A DNA stretch of 64,000 nt from the human T2T-CHM13v2.0 reference genome, Homo sapiens (GCF_009914755.1 NC_060938.1); one strand, 5' to 3'; counted from the stretch's first letter, positions 1 through 14,054 are shown. Made by a program: numbers and translations. The notes: generated by a model not told the origin, from the letters alone.

Positions 1-377
1 GTGTGATTTGAGTTTGGGATCATGACCTTATTTCCTTTGCACTTGATTGCTTTACTTCACCAACTGCATCCCTGATTTTGATATTATCTGTGGCTAGCTC
101 CTTTCATGATTTTGGGAATGGCTACCTCTCAGTTTTCTGAATATTTTTTAGTACTTGCTGTTACAATGTAGACATTGCAATAATGTTCTAAAATTATATG
201 TACATTTACTTACTCAACACAAATTTAAAGAGTACCTGATAAGAGCTGGTACTCTGAGTACTGAGCACTGAGTACCTGGTAGAATCATTAATACAGAAGA
301 CAAAGCTCTGGCCTCAAGGATTCTGCAGTACAGCAGCAGGGAGGTAAAACACACATACCACATTTGTTTACTGCAAG

Positions 378-825
378 TGTGGGAGGTAGATAGGTGTCCC
401 CTAAAAACATGTGTTCCCAGAACCTGTGACGTGACCTTACTTGGAAAAAGGGTCTTTGCAGATGTTTAAGTTAATAATCTTGTGATGAGATCATCCTGGA
501 TTGTACAGGTGGGCCCTAAATCCAGTGAAAACTATCTTTGTAAGAGACAGATGAGGAGAAGACGTAGAGACTTGTGAAACAGAAGGCCATGTGAAGACAG
601 AGGCAGAGATTGGAGGGATATAACCAGAAAGAATGCCCATAGGCAGCAGAAATTGGAAGAGGTAAGAATTGGATTGTTGCCTAAAGCCTTCAGAAGGAGT
701 GTGACCCTGTCAGCATTTGGATCTCCGACTCTGGCCTTTAAAACTGAGAGAGAAAAAAATTTCTGTTGTTTTAAGCCAGTGAGTTTGTGGTAATTTTTTA
801 ATGGCAGCCATGAGAAACGAATACA
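378..825 (+). mobile_element. MaLR solo LTR (MLT1C/D-like)
   Basis: TG...CA ends and typical MLT1 blocks (gtgaccttacttggaaaaagggtctttgcagatg; tttctgttgttttaagcc...gcagcc...aataca). Imperfect 5-bp TSD gcaag (373-377) / acaag (826-830). Confidence 0.85.
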
Positions 826-1859
826 ACAAGGAACAGGATAATCTACAAAATACATGAATTATACAAGAGCATCAGAAGTTTGTGGAAATTTAGTATAAAA
901 AACACCTCTTATTGAAAGTGTGATTGTTACTATACAGTCAGTCCAGAAGCACTGAATTATGAAAATATCATTGCCTGGTATGTGTCAGTTATGTTTATAA
1001 TAATATAAATAATCTAAGCACACATTGTGTCCTGTAATTTTAATTTTACTCTAACATCCCATGCAAAGGTTTAACTGTAGGTGGCCATTTCATGAAACAA
1101 ATGCCAATTTCTCATGGACCAATGTTCTCCCAGCAGAGGAAATATATCTTCCTGCCCACACTGGGCTACAACATCACTAAAATTACAAGCAGAAAGGAGG
1201 TCTGCATTTCTATAGCCTCTTCTTTTCTTATCTAGTAGTAAATGGTTATAAACTTGACATTTTCCAGTTACAAACATAAGTAATAATATTGTAATAACAA
1301 AAGGGAAGGTCCAATCCTATAGATCCCACTGATGGTGATAGAGTAAATCAAGGAATTTGGAAGAAGTGGTATCTAGTTTCACAAGTTGAAAAACCAGAAT
1401 TATCTTCAGGCATTCATAATTTCAGTGTCATGGGTTAAGGTGTTTGGGGGCAAAATGAGTTTCTGGCTGTGGGATGGATTTGAGTGGTGTTAGCAATCAT
1501 TCAATAACAGAAGCCACTGAAGCAGCCTTCGTCTCCCTAATCAAAATGCTGCCATCATACCATTTTGCTCCCAAAATATGCTAAAAGTAAGGCACCAACG
1601 GTAATAAGTAGTATAGGTAATTTTTAAGTACCATAAAAGTTTACAATATTAACAGTTACATTTGTTAATTTTGTCTGGCTTAGTTGGTGGTGACTTCAGA
1701 TGGTAACTGGGTGGAATAAGACTTCTAAGCCCACATAAGACAGGATGGTGTGATCTTTCTGGGAGGGTGCCACGTCTGTCCAATATTGATACAATAGCGC
1801 ACCAGTGGCAGCTTCTTGGTTGGGCCAAGTAAGCCTTCTCAATGTATTTACTCCTTCAG

Positions 1860-2025
1860 TATTTATAACAATCAGGAAGCTGTAATTATTGTCCATATTT
1901 TACTAATGAAGTAACTAAAACTTAGAGAAGATAAGCAATTTGTCTGAGGTCATGCTCTAGTAGTGAGCAGAGCCAGAATCTGAACTCTGGCATGATGACT
2001 ATAGCGTCTGTGTTTTTATGCATTA
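1860..2025 (-). mobile_element. MIR SINE fragment
   Basis: Degenerate reverse MIR core (ccatattttactaatgaagtaactaaaacttagagaagataagcaatttgtctgaggtca); boundaries approximate. Confidence 0.65.
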
Positions 2026-2494
2026 CTGATAGGTATGGGTGGTATACTGGAGACTTAGTGAGTATTTAGGTGTGAGTAACGTCTACAGTGACGTCAGGGA
2101 GCTCACTGTACATCCATGACATGAGAAATAAAATTCCCACGCTTCCCTGTCTTGAAGCTGAGGCAATATATTACATGGGTTAACTGACAATTCAGACAGA
2201 GTGAGAGATTCATTATATTCACCACAAATGAACACAGATGGACACTCTTCAAATAAAGCTTCCTATTGAATTTTAATAGTGCTCTTCTGCAGAACACATT
2301 TGAAAAATGGATCATAGCATATTCATATTTTCCTTTAGCTTGCCAAATGTGAGATGATTAAGAAACCTGCTTAAACTTTAAATATTCTTACCATACACAT
2401 GCATTTTTCAAATGTATGCGTCTGCAATAAATATTTGTTAAATGAATATGAATGTATATACACAAACATACATGAAGCAATAGGCGCACACACA

Positions 2495-3165
2495 TTTAAT
2501 TTGATAAATATTTGTTGAGTATCTACTGAATATAAACTTGGGCTGAAGAGTTATGGAAATACAAAGACAGAATTCTTTTCTGTTCCCAAGAAGCTTTATA
2601 AGGGGAAGTGAGACATGCTCAGTCTTGTTCTGGTGGCAGCTCTCAAAGTGTGGTCTCTGGCTCGGCAGTGTTGGCATCACTTGGGGACTTGTTAGAAATG
2701 GAAATGCTTGTGCCCCACCATACACCTGCTAAATGAGAAACTGTGGCTGGGGGTCTAGCAATTTATGGTTGTAAAAGTCCTCCAGGGAACTCTGATGCAC
2801 GTTAAAATTTCAGAACCACTGGGCACAGGAACGCTTTAATGTGCTAAAGGATGCTAAATATTACTTTCACGTGGAGACATCTGAGAAGGCTTGAAGAAAG
2901 AGATTGTATTTGAGCAGAGTCTTGGAGAACAGGTAGATTTTGGCTGATAGAAACAGAGAAGGGAAATAAAGTCAAAGAGAAGAGAGGAAGTCAACTTAGC
3001 TCGTTTGAGTTGGCAGATAGGCTGCCCATGGATGAAAACCCAGATTAAAATCAGGCAGTGGAAATCCCTGAGCAACACGCTTGTGAGTTTAGACATTGTT
3101 CTGAAAGACATTGGCAGTCATTGAAGGTTTCTGAGTGGGGAAGAAGTGTGATCAAAACTACCTTC
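2495..3165 (-). mobile_element. L2 LINE 3' fragment, interrupted by MER5A
   Basis: Reverse L2 3' end (tttgataaatatttgttgagtatctactg) and L2 body motifs (tcattgaaggtttctgagtgggg); boundaries approximate. Confidence 0.5.
2633..2821 (+). mobile_element. MER5A (hAT-Charlie MITE)
   Basis: Starts ..tctcaaagtgtggtc, internal ggcatcacttggggacttgttagaaatg, ends cagaaccactg. Confidence 0.8.
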
Positions 3166-3387
3166 CTTTTTTTTTTTTCTTACCCAGTGAATGTAATTCA
3201 GCACTTGTACTGAGTTCATATTAACAGAACTTGATGGTTGTAAATCAGTCTTTTCTTCCTCATTAAAATCACTTCACCATTAAGAATTATCTATAGGTTA
3301 TGGCTGGAATCATGTTATCTCTGCTCTTTCTTGACTATTCTGACACAGCAGGCAACTTAATTTCAACAACTCGGTAATGCCCCCATC

Positions 3388-3390
<3 letters not shown>

Positions 3391-3430
<40 letters not shown>
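3391..3430. repeat. (TG)20 microsatellite
   Basis: Perfect dinucleotide run read directly. Confidence 0.98.
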
Positions 3431-3431
<1 letters not shown>

Positions 3432-4406
3432 TGTTTGCTAAGAAGGAGTCACACGGCTGCTTTTGAATTCAGCTGGGCTTTAGGAAGCTGCATAAAAACA
3501 AAGAAAAAATGTTGCTGCTTGCTAGTGCATTCTTTGTTATGTAGCAATCAGAAGGATGACTGTGCTCTGAAGTGGTGCAGGTGGCCTCTTCTGATACTAA
3601 TTCCAGCGTCTCAACTAGTTCAGCATCAAAAGGGAGTTCTCTGGAAGGGAAATAATTCTGTCCCTACCCCTGATTGCTCCTATTTGCCCAGCATTGTGGG
3701 CACCTGCTTGGCCACCCACCTTCCTTTTCTTTGCCATCCACTTGCGTCATCTTTCTCTTCCCCTGGGTCAGCCTGTATATTTCAATCTATCCACACCCTG
3801 CGCAAGCTCATTCATTCATGGGCTTTCTCTCTGCAATTTTCATTGTGCCTCCCTTTGTTGGCATAATTGATTCCCTGCTTTGCAAGAGCAGGTGGATGAG
3901 TTGGTTTATTCCTTTAAAAAATTCCTCCTCTTTTCTCTTTCATTGCTCTGATCTTTAGTCAATCTTTGGTTCAGCCAGCTTGTTCTCCTTCTATTGACTA
4001 ATCTCTCTCTGTATCTTTCATAATGGTGGTGGGAGAGTCCATGCCGAATCTCCTGTTGGTTGAAGAAGGTGAAAGTCAATTGGTAAAGTCACTGTGATTT
4101 ATAATGTTCAAACTGGGGAGGGATTGAGTCGTGAAGACCAGAAGTACTGATAATCATTTAGCTTATTTGCTGGAAGGCTCCACTAGACCCTAATGAAACA
4201 ATCTCATTTATCTTCCCCACATCCTAATGGAATTGCAGAATTAATAGTAAAACCATTAAGCCTTCTTGAGCATGTCTCATCTAACACTCCAGGATCTTTG
4301 TTACACATTTTTATTTTTCTCAATTTTGGATTTTTTGAGGGTGCGAATTTACTTAGCTGAGAAATTTAGAAGTCCTTTATTCAGTCTAGTATAAAGTGTC
4401 CAGATA

Positions 4407-6801
4407 AAAACATACCTTAGAGATATTGTGGGTGCAGTTCCAGACCACCACAATAAAGCAGATACCACAATAAAGCAAGCATATAAATTGTTTGGTTTCC
4501 CAGTGCATATAAAAGTTATTTTTACTCTATAGTCTATTAAGTATGCAATAGAATGATGTCTAAAATAAAATGTACATACCCTAATTATAAGTATTGTGTT
4601 GCTAAAAATTGCTGATGATAATCTGAGCATACAGTGGGTCATAATCTTCTTACTTGTGAAGGGTCTTGCCTTGATATTGACGGCTGCTCACTGATCAGGG
4701 TAGTGGTTGCTGAAGGAGGTTAGGGTGGCTGTAGCAATTTCCTAAAATAAGACAACAATGAAGTTTGCTTTATCAATTAACTCTTGCTTTTATGAAAGAT
4801 ATCTTTGTAGCATACGATGCTGTTTGATAGCATTTTACCCACAGTAGAACTTCTTTCAAAATTAGAATGAATTCACTCAAAACTTGCAGGTGCTTTATCA
4901 ACTGAATTTATGGAATATTCTAAATCCTTTGTAGTCATTTCAACAATGTTCACAGCATCTTTACCAGGAGAAAATTCCATTTTAAGAAACTACTTTCTTT
5001 GCTCATCTATAGAAGCAACTCTTAAAATCCATTCCAGTTTTATCATGAGATGGCAGCAATTCAGTCACAGCTTCAGTTTCTACCTCTAGTTCTAGTTCTC
5101 TTGCTACTTCCACCACATCTGCATCTACTTTCTCCACTGATGTTTTGAACCCTTCAGCCATCCATGAAGATTGGAATCTTTTCCAAACTCCTGTTAATGT
5201 TGATATTTCAAACTTCTCCCATGAATCACGAATGTTCTTTATGGCATTTACAATGTTAAATCATTTTCAAAAAATTTTCCATTTGCTTTATCCATATCTA
5301 TCAGAGGAATCACCATGTCAGTTCTAGCCTTACAAAGTGTATTTTTTAAATAATAAGACTTGAAAGTTGAAATTATTCCTTGATTCATGGGCTAGAGAAT
5401 GGATGTTACGTTAGCAGACATGAAAGCCACATTAATCTTCTTGTACTCCCATCAAAGTTCTGGAGTGACTAGGTGCATTGTCAATGAATAGTAACATTTT
5501 GAAAAAAAAAAAAATCTTTTTTTTTTCCTTAGCAGTAGTTCTCAATAGTAGGCTTAAAGTATTCAGTAAACCATTTTGTAAATAGATGTACTGTCATCCA
5601 GGCTTTGTTGTTCCATTTACAGAGCACAGGCAGAGTAGATTTTGCTAAATTCTGGGGCCCTAGGATTTTTTGAATGGTATATAAGCATTGGCTTCAACTT
5701 AAAGTCACCAGCTGCCTTAGCCCCCAACAATATAGTCAGCCCGCCCTTTGAAGTCAGGTATTGATGTCTCCTCTGTAGCTATAAAGGTCCTAGGTGGCAT
5801 CTTTTTCCTATATAAAGCTGTTTCATCTACAGTAAAAATCTCTTGCTTGGTGTAGTCACCTTCATCAATTATCTTAGCTGGATGTAACGGATAACTTGCT
5901 GCAGCGTCTACATAAGCACTTGCCGCTTTACCTTGTGCTTTTATGTTATAGAGATGATTTCTCTCCTTAAACCTCATGAACCAATATCTTCTAGCTTTAA
6001 ACTTTTTTCTGCATCTTCCTCACCTCTCTTAGCCTTCATAGAATTGGAAATAGTTTGGGCCTTGCTCTGGGTTAGGCTTTGGCTTAAGGGAATGTTGTGG
6101 CTGGTTTGATCTTCAATCCAGACCACTACAACTTTCTCCATATAAGCAATAAGCTTGTTTAACTTTCTTATCATCTGTGTGTTCACTGGAGTAGCACTTT
6201 TAATTTCCTTCAAGAACTTTTCCTTTGCATTCACAACTAGGTTAACTGTTTGGCACAAGAAGCCTAGATCTCAGCCTATCTCAGTTTTCAACATGCCTCA
6301 CTGAGCTTAATCATTTCTAGCTTTTGATTTGAAGTTAGAGATATGAGACTCTTCCTTTCATTTGAATACTTAGGCCTTTGTGGGAGTATTAATTGGCCTA
6401 ATTTCTATATTATTGTGTCTCAGGGAATAGGGAGGCCCAAGGAGAGGAAGAAAAATGTGAGAATGGCCAGTAAGTTGAGCGGTCAGAAGACACACAACAT
6501 TTATTAAGTTGGCCATCTTATATGGACATGATTTGTGTTGCCTTCAAAGAATTACAATAATGACATCAAAGATCACTCATCAAAGATCACCATCTCAGAT
6601 ATAATAATAATGAAAAAGTTTTACGTGTTGAGAGAATTACCAAAATGTGATGTAGTGACATGAATCAGGCACATGCAGTTAGAAAAATGGTGTGGATTGA
6701 CTTGCTCAACCAACGGTTGCCCCAAACCATCAATTTGTTTTTAAAAATGCAATTGTTGTAAAATGCAAAAAAGTGAAGCACAAAAAAACTAGGTATGCTT
6801 G
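4407..6801 (-). mobile_element. Tigger1 (TcMar-Tigger) full-length fossil DNA transposon, ~2.4 kb
   Basis: Both termini recognisable (aaaacataccttagagatattg... and ...aggtatgcttg); TA on the left, TG on the right; internal transposase fragments. Confidence 0.95.
5717..6258 (-). pseudogene. Tigger1 transposase fragments (CENP-B-type HTH and start of DDE domain), frameshifted
   Basis: ORFs 5974-6258 ([20 protein letters not shown]...[16 protein letters not shown]) and 5717-5977 (MRFKER...[19 protein letters not shown]) match the Tigger1/TIGD1-type transposase, split across frames. Confidence 0.9.
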
Positions 6802-7563
6802 TGATAGGTTTCTCTCCTATTCTTTGAAGAGGCTTTTAAATAGAGTTGATTGCATGGCATTGCCTAGTAAAATCATTTTAAACTAATATGAAATTATATA
6901 AGCTCTGAACAGGGCATTTGATGTCCACTAGGGAAAGTAAAACATATTTTTTATTTCAGCATAAGAAGCTTATCTCTTCCATCTTGTAAAATAATATAAT
7001 AATAATAGAATTAGTTAAACATGGTGATTACTATTACGTATTTTATGATTCCAATAATTCAAGCACAGACACTATCTTGAATGCGTCCTAGTATATTCAG
7101 CTCCACAATGATGCCTAGGGTTTCATGTTGAAGGCTGTGAAGTTAACAAAGGAAAATGGAGATCTGATTACTAGCTTCCAGAGATTGGTTGAGAATTGAG
7201 GGAGAAGAGAGATCAACATTATATATTTCACATGGCAGAGGGTAATAGGAGCTTTTATAGAGAGGCAAAATGCATTGGTAGAAAGAGAAGAGAGAGCCTA
7301 ATTCCACTTGCTAAAAATCTATGGAAGCCACCTAAAGGAAGAATGAAAAATTGAATGTTTATCAATAAGTTGGAAAGAGGAGAGGAACATTATGGGCAGA
7401 GCAAACAGCATAGAAATAGAATAATACATGGAGTATTTGTTAGCATTCAGAGGGAATGGAGATGACGGGAAATGGTAGAACATAGTTAGAAAAGTAAATT
7501 GGGCAGAATTGGTGACAGGGGATTCAATTTGGTAAGCAGTGGGTAACCATTCATGGCTTTGAG

Positions 7564-7779
7564 CAGAGTTTGGCAAACTATGATTTGTGGACCAAATCCA
7601 TCCCATTGTCTGATCTTGTAAAGAAAGTTTTATTTAAATACAGTCATACTCATTCACTTATGTATTGTCTGTGGCTGCTTTCATGCTACAATGGCAGCAT
7701 TGAATAGTGGTGACAGAGACTGCCTACAAGCTGAAAATATTTGATATATGACTTTTTACAGAAATTTTACCGATGTCAG
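7564..7779 (+). mobile_element. MER58A (hAT-Charlie MITE)
   Basis: cagagtttggcaaactat... start, aaagttttatt, tattgtctgtggctgctttcatgctacaatggcag, and tttacagaaa...ccga end. Confidence 0.85.
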
Positions 7780-9170
7780 GATTCACTTTAATAAAGTGTT
7801 TCATAAAGTGTTTGTTTGTGCCGTGATGGGCCATCCAAGATTGTAATGGGCGATCATTGGAAACAAAGATGCTTATAGAGCAGCATCTTGCATGTCACAA
7901 ATATTTGAATGAATGAAAAAATGCATATTTCTGTTAAGACATCACAGTAACAGTAGGAGATATTGCTTTTTTTTTCTTTCTTTTTTTTTGACAAGACCAA
8001 TGTGAAAATAATCAGAGAGTGGTTCTCTGGACCACATCCTGTTCTTCAGGGGAGAGACATTGAAAAACATCAGGAAAAGCTTATCCCTAGAATTGATTCA
8101 GAGGACAAAGCTACAGTTATGAGAAAGGCCACTTTGGAGAAATGTTGGATAAGATGTCCAGTGAGGCACAGAATGGGGTGACACTGGGAGTGACAGGATC
8201 TTGATGGACTCTGGCCATGGCACTTCTCAAACGTTTTTGGCAGTCCTATTTCTATTTTCACAGACTCCTCCACCTCCACTCTGTCCTGGCCAGCACCCAG
8301 TTCTCAAGCATTACACATTTATCCCAAGTAATGCGTAGGGAGCTTCCTTTCTTGCACCTATAAATTATTCACTAGTTTCAGATTGGGGTGAAAAGAGGAA
8401 AACATAATTAATCCAGAATTATTTCACATGTATAAATTCCTTGCTTGGTTTTGTTTCATCATCAGGGCTTCCTTGGCCTTCCATGGATGGCATATACCTT
8501 ATTAATTTATGCTTAGCAATCTTTTGAAAATAATTTTTACATGGGTAACTCACTGAAACATCATGGCATTTATCTCACATCATGTAGTTTTGTCAGTTTT
8601 GATGTTAGAGAACGTATTCTGCCTTACTTTTATGTAGCAATGTGACCAGGAAATCTCATGTAAAATCTATGCCTCCCTAATATGCAAAAATACTGAAAAT
8701 GAGCACCTCTTCTCCCTTCCTTCTTTTTTAATAAATCTAGTAATAATAGCTGGAATAATCACAGGATTTCTAAATGGAGTCAGCATGGCAAAGGAAAATG
8801 TTGGTGATATATTTATTAAGTCCATAGAAGTTAAACTTCCGGAGAGCTCCCAAGCTAATTGGTACCCCTTGTTCAGGACTGGGGACTATTAACTGAGAGA
8901 ATTCATTGGGTGTTTTAATATCTAGCCTTTTAAAATCTATTTTAAACAAGGACTTTGAAGGATGACTGAAATGTGGTTAAATTTCCACAGAGAACTTACA
9001 ACTCCAGCAATGGGAACTCCCCAGGTACAGTGATGATACGAATTGTGTTGGATTTCTTGAATTTCATCTTCAAAGCACAAGAATGAGAAAAGAAAGGAGA
9101 CAGGAACCATTTACATTAAGCAGAGATGCATAAGTTTCTTAAGTGGTGCTTTCCAGAGCACAGCTGGGTT

Positions 9171-9172
<2 letters not shown>

Positions 9173-9216
<44 letters not shown>
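9173..9216. repeat. (GT)22 microsatellite
   Basis: Perfect run read directly. Confidence 0.98.
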
Positions 9217-9217
<1 letters not shown>

Positions 9218-12200
9218 TGATATATCAAGCTGTCGGTTATATTCCATAGATTCATAGTATTTTCCTCCTCTCTATATTCCATCTCTACTTTTTGTTTATA
9301 ACAAGTTATTTACTTTGCCCATCTATCTTTTAAGCAAATTATCTTGATTGGAAATAACTGGAATGCTTGATAATTATATAAGAAACTTAAATACTTGGCC
9401 TATTCATTTATCCTAGAGTTTTAGGGAACATCTTGGTCTAGCATAGGCATTCTCAACCATCATATTGAAAAAAATTGTGGAGCATTATAGCACAAATGAT
9501 TTTACAAAATAAAATGATTGTTAAAAATTAGAATAGGTTCATAGTAGCCTCACGCTCTGGGTTCCATCATGCTTCTTGGGAGAGAGAGAAAGAGCAGACT
9601 GGCTGGTCAGAACCCTGGCTTTGACTGAAGAACACATTCTGCCTGTAAGCATAATTTCTCAGCTCTGAGCCAGAGAAAAGCAGTGGGACTCTTTTCTCTA
9701 GGAAATACAGTCTGCATAGATAGAATGAAGCAGAATTGGAGACACATAGGAAAACAATTATCCCTTTGTATTAGTTTATCTAATCCTCTGCTTTGGGAAA
9801 ACAGGAAGAGAGAAAAAGAAGAGGGAGGAGAGGGAGGGAGCTAAAAACAAAGGAAAACACTTCACAAGGGTTTGCCCTCCCCCAAAAATTCAAGACATGA
9901 AATAGAATCTATCACATATGATTGGGAGCCTTGTGTTCTGGTTTTCTCCAATCCTAAGCCCAAGAATTTGTTCCTCCTGATGCTGTAGATAGTTTCACCT
10001 GAGAAGATTTTACTCACCTCTGCGTCCCATTATGAGATGGGAAACCTGGCTTCTGCCACGTGGGCACAGAGTAGATACCCACTAGATTTTGTTGTTTTGT
10101 GTGTATGGTTGCCAGGGATGATCAGTGCCCCAATATTCTTGCCCCATCAATATTCTTCTTAGTGAGATTTGCAACCTTTTAAGCATTGGGAACTTAAGGG
10201 TTATTATGAATACCTGTCATTTTAAGCTAATATACATTCTTTACAGAATAAATGCAAAATGTTCACATTCATGAGAAAAAGGAAGAAACTTTTAGCTGAC
10301 ACATACCATTTTGCATGTTATATAAATGTATTCTGCTCAGTACAAACATTTTTGTGAACTTAAAAAAAATCTCTTAAATGTTTCTATAAAAGTACTACTT
10401 CTTGAAGTTTATATTTGAATGAAAATACCTCAAATTCTTTTCTACCCTGACTTAGAACTATATAACTTTAACTCTCTTTTTCATTTTTAAAGATGTGATA
10501 TTCCTCTGATGAGATAACGTGGAGCTTTCCTCTAAAATTTTCTTGTGTTCAGACCTTTTTTTTCTCTTCCTTCTGGTCTTCAAAAAGCTATAGGAATCTG
10601 ACCTAGGAACACTGTTTCCTCAATAATTGGCATTTTCTATTTTCACTTTGGTTTTCCCCAACTTAATTGATGAGATATATAATCTTTCTCCATCCAAAGA
10701 AACTACAATGACTGACACTAACATTTTTGAACCCATCTATGCCCATTTCCATTTTTAGTTCTACAAATGTTCTGACACCATTTTTTAAAAAATCACAACA
10801 CCCCAAACAGTGGGTTCTATTTTTTTTTCTATTGTTATAGATGAGTAAACTGACACCTAAAGAGGGCCCTTAGCTTGTGGCTGGCATCTCAGGACCAAAA
10901 TGCCTGCGTTTGAAGCCCCTGGGAATTTGGCCTTTGGAGCCTTTAGCAGCTTCTAAGCCTAGTGAGTTTGTGGCTTCAGGTCCTGTTTAGGTCCTGTTTC
11001 TCATTTGTGGAGAGGTTGGTCTTGTTTTGAAGGCAGCAACCTCCTTCATTTTTTTTCTTTTTTTTTTTTCACTATCTATCATTACTACGTTTGGTGCCAA
11101 GTTGGGGCCTCAAATTTTGAACTTAAAACATGACATGCCTGGAAATCCTTTTCTCTCTCTTCTTCTGAAGGGTGTCCATAAAGTCTGGGATGCAGACAAA
11201 TATATGTAATGTCATTAAAATTTTTACAAATCTGTAAAAAATAAAATAGTATTATCAATGTTTTCATACCTTACAGATGCCCTTCACTTTAAATAAAGAT
11301 TTCCTGAGAACTAAAAATAAAAATACCATGTCCTCAAGTTTGGATTAGTCCAGGGAGTAGGGAGAAGGGCTGAGAAAGAGAAGGGTAAAATTATCTATTC
11401 TTGACATCACTGTAATAAATTGATTGAACTGTACTGCATATTGAATGCTTGCTCTTACTAGGGTCTCTTCATAAATCATCTCATTATTCCTCAAAATAAG
11501 TCAGCCTGCTAGGTTTGATGAGCCCATTTGACAGATACACAAGTCCAAGGACATCAAATGACTCGCCCAACATCACTAGGGCATGTGGGCTGAATGAGGA
11601 TGTTCAGTCTGGTCACATCAAAAGCCCTAGCTCTTTTCCCTATAAGCTAGAAATAATATTCCATCCCTTTTCTCACCTACCTCCCAGCAAAAACAAATGA
11701 CATAAAAATATTTTTTTCTATCTGCTTCTGCTCATGATACCTTTAAAATGCCTTATTCATCAATTCATTCCCCATCTCAGGCTCAGGTAACCCTTGATGG
11801 GGGATTTGTATCTAATTTTCTCTGTATTTCTTGAACCATTTTTTTTTCCATGTGTCCATCTCTATGGATCCAACCTCATGATTTCCTGGACCATTTAAAT
11901 TGTCTTTTATTCTTTCTTTTTTCTCTATCACATATCTTGGCTCTAACTCACCTGCTTTCCCTTTGTATTTCTCTTTTAATATTTTACATGTATGTATTAC
12001 CCCAACTAGACAGTGTTTTCAAGGGAGAACTTAGGAATTTTTCATTTCTTTCCACCATGACATCAGACATCTTTCTGATGTCATAGCTTATGAAATAAAA
12101 GTCTATAAGTATGTGACCTGGGTAAAACATAATCATTTTGAGACTTAATGATATGATCTCTATCAAAGTTATTGTCAACTGCAGTTCATTCTGCTGTTAT

Positions 12201-12824
12201 TTTTATATTTGATGATAATTCAGAATTTCATGTCCCCTTCTATAATACCTCACATGCCAAACAAATTAATTGTGTTAATGACAGGTAAGGAAGCTCCTGG
12301 TCACTTTCCTTCCTTGCTTCAGACCCAGCTTCAAGGTGGGCCAGATGGGGCACAGGCTGCCTCCTCTGTCTGGGTTCGAGTTACTTGTAACCATGTCTGA
12401 CTGTCCTGGGGTGCCTCTTAGCTCCAGTTAATTTCTGAATCCTCAGCAAGTTTTAAAAGTCTGAGCAAGAATTTCCTTTCTTACTCTGTTGCTTCATCTT
12501 TTTCCTTTCTTCTCTCAAATATTCAGGATGGAGGAGAAACGGCAGGCTGAGCCAGCAATCCATCTTACTTGAAACCTATTTGAAGGTTGTCGGGTATGCA
12601 AGGGGGCTGGAAATAGGGACTGAGAGTTTGATTCCAGCATGAAGGCCAGGCATCAGTACCGATCTACCTTGTAGTGTGGTAAATAGACTTTGGCATCAGC
12701 TAAATTATTTCTGTGAGACTGAAGTATTTTGATCGAAATAGACAAGTGAGCAAAGGGATTTGCAAAAGAATTCTGTTTTCTGGCACAGGCATCTCAATGA
12801 GGCCTTGTGCAGAATCTCACATCC

Positions 12825-12842
12825 GAGCGCCCCCTGATGGCA
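12825..12842 (-). promoter_or_regulatory. Candidate CTCF binding site
   Basis: Minus strand reads TGCCATCAGGGGGCGCTC, close to the CTCF core consensus (GCCACCAGGGGGCGC). Lies in non-repeat sequence with retained CpGs. Confidence 0.7.
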
Positions 12843-13760
12843 ACATATAGACACGCCTCACTTTCTGTGGCCAAATTACTCCATGAAAGGAATAGTTTCT
12901 ATATTTGACTTTAAGACCTTATTTCTAATTTATGTTTTAACCTGGGATGTGTTTGGTCACCACTTATGTATTTGTTTTTCATATTTGTTTGATTTCAAAT
13001 TATCTGTGATAACAGTATTAGATTATAAAGTGCATTTTATGAAGCTATTTTAAAATAAGGTATTTTCAAATGTCATTTAATGTTTTCTTGGAAAGATTCA
13101 AAGTAGTAGAGTGCTTGAGGAGAAATAAAAGCAGAGGAGGAATAAAAGGAGATGAAGGAGGAGGAAGGGGAGGAGGAGAAGTTATAAATAAAGATTAGCC
13201 CCTAATTCTAAAACATTTTTTCTTGATCTAAATATATGAACAACGAAGTCCAAATTATTTAATGTTTCCCATTGACTATAGGATGAAATTTAATACTTTA
13301 GCCTGATGTACAAGGCTCTTAAAGATCTATCCTTGTCTAACTGAGTCCAGAGCCAACCCTACAGCTGCCCACCTTGAATTTTATGCTCTGGAAATACTAA
13401 ATGATTACAATTACCTAAATATAACATAGTTATATTCAGGAAATACATATATTAAATATTATATATATATGTATAATATGTAACTATGTTGCTCATGGAT
13501 CTGTGACTGTGCACACCATAGTTCCCTCTGTCTGGAACATATGTACTGCCTCTTATCCTCCTGCAAATCTCATCCTTTTCAAGGTAATTCTTTCATTTCA
13601 GATAAAATGTTATTCTCTCTGTGAAGCTTGGCCGTGATTTCCCTCAACTCCTGCTCTCCACAAGTTTCCACTTTGTACTGAGCTCTTACATTGCCTTGGT
13701 CATTCCCTTTCTCTTCTCCCTACCTATGTTCTGAGGAAATAAACAATGAAGTTTCATCTT

Positions 13761-14054
<294 letters not shown>

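Noticed and set aside
1794-1812. CTCF-like tagcgcaccagtggca
   Set aside because: Two bases too short between the half-motifs to fit the CTCF core.
3396-3866. 156-aa ORF (MCVCVCV...)
   Set aside because: Starts at a GTG inside the (TG)n repeat, has no recognisable domain or splice structure, and is consistent with a chance ORF.
4445-4480. Direct repeat accacaataaagca x2
   Set aside because: Part of the normal Tigger1 subterminal repeat.
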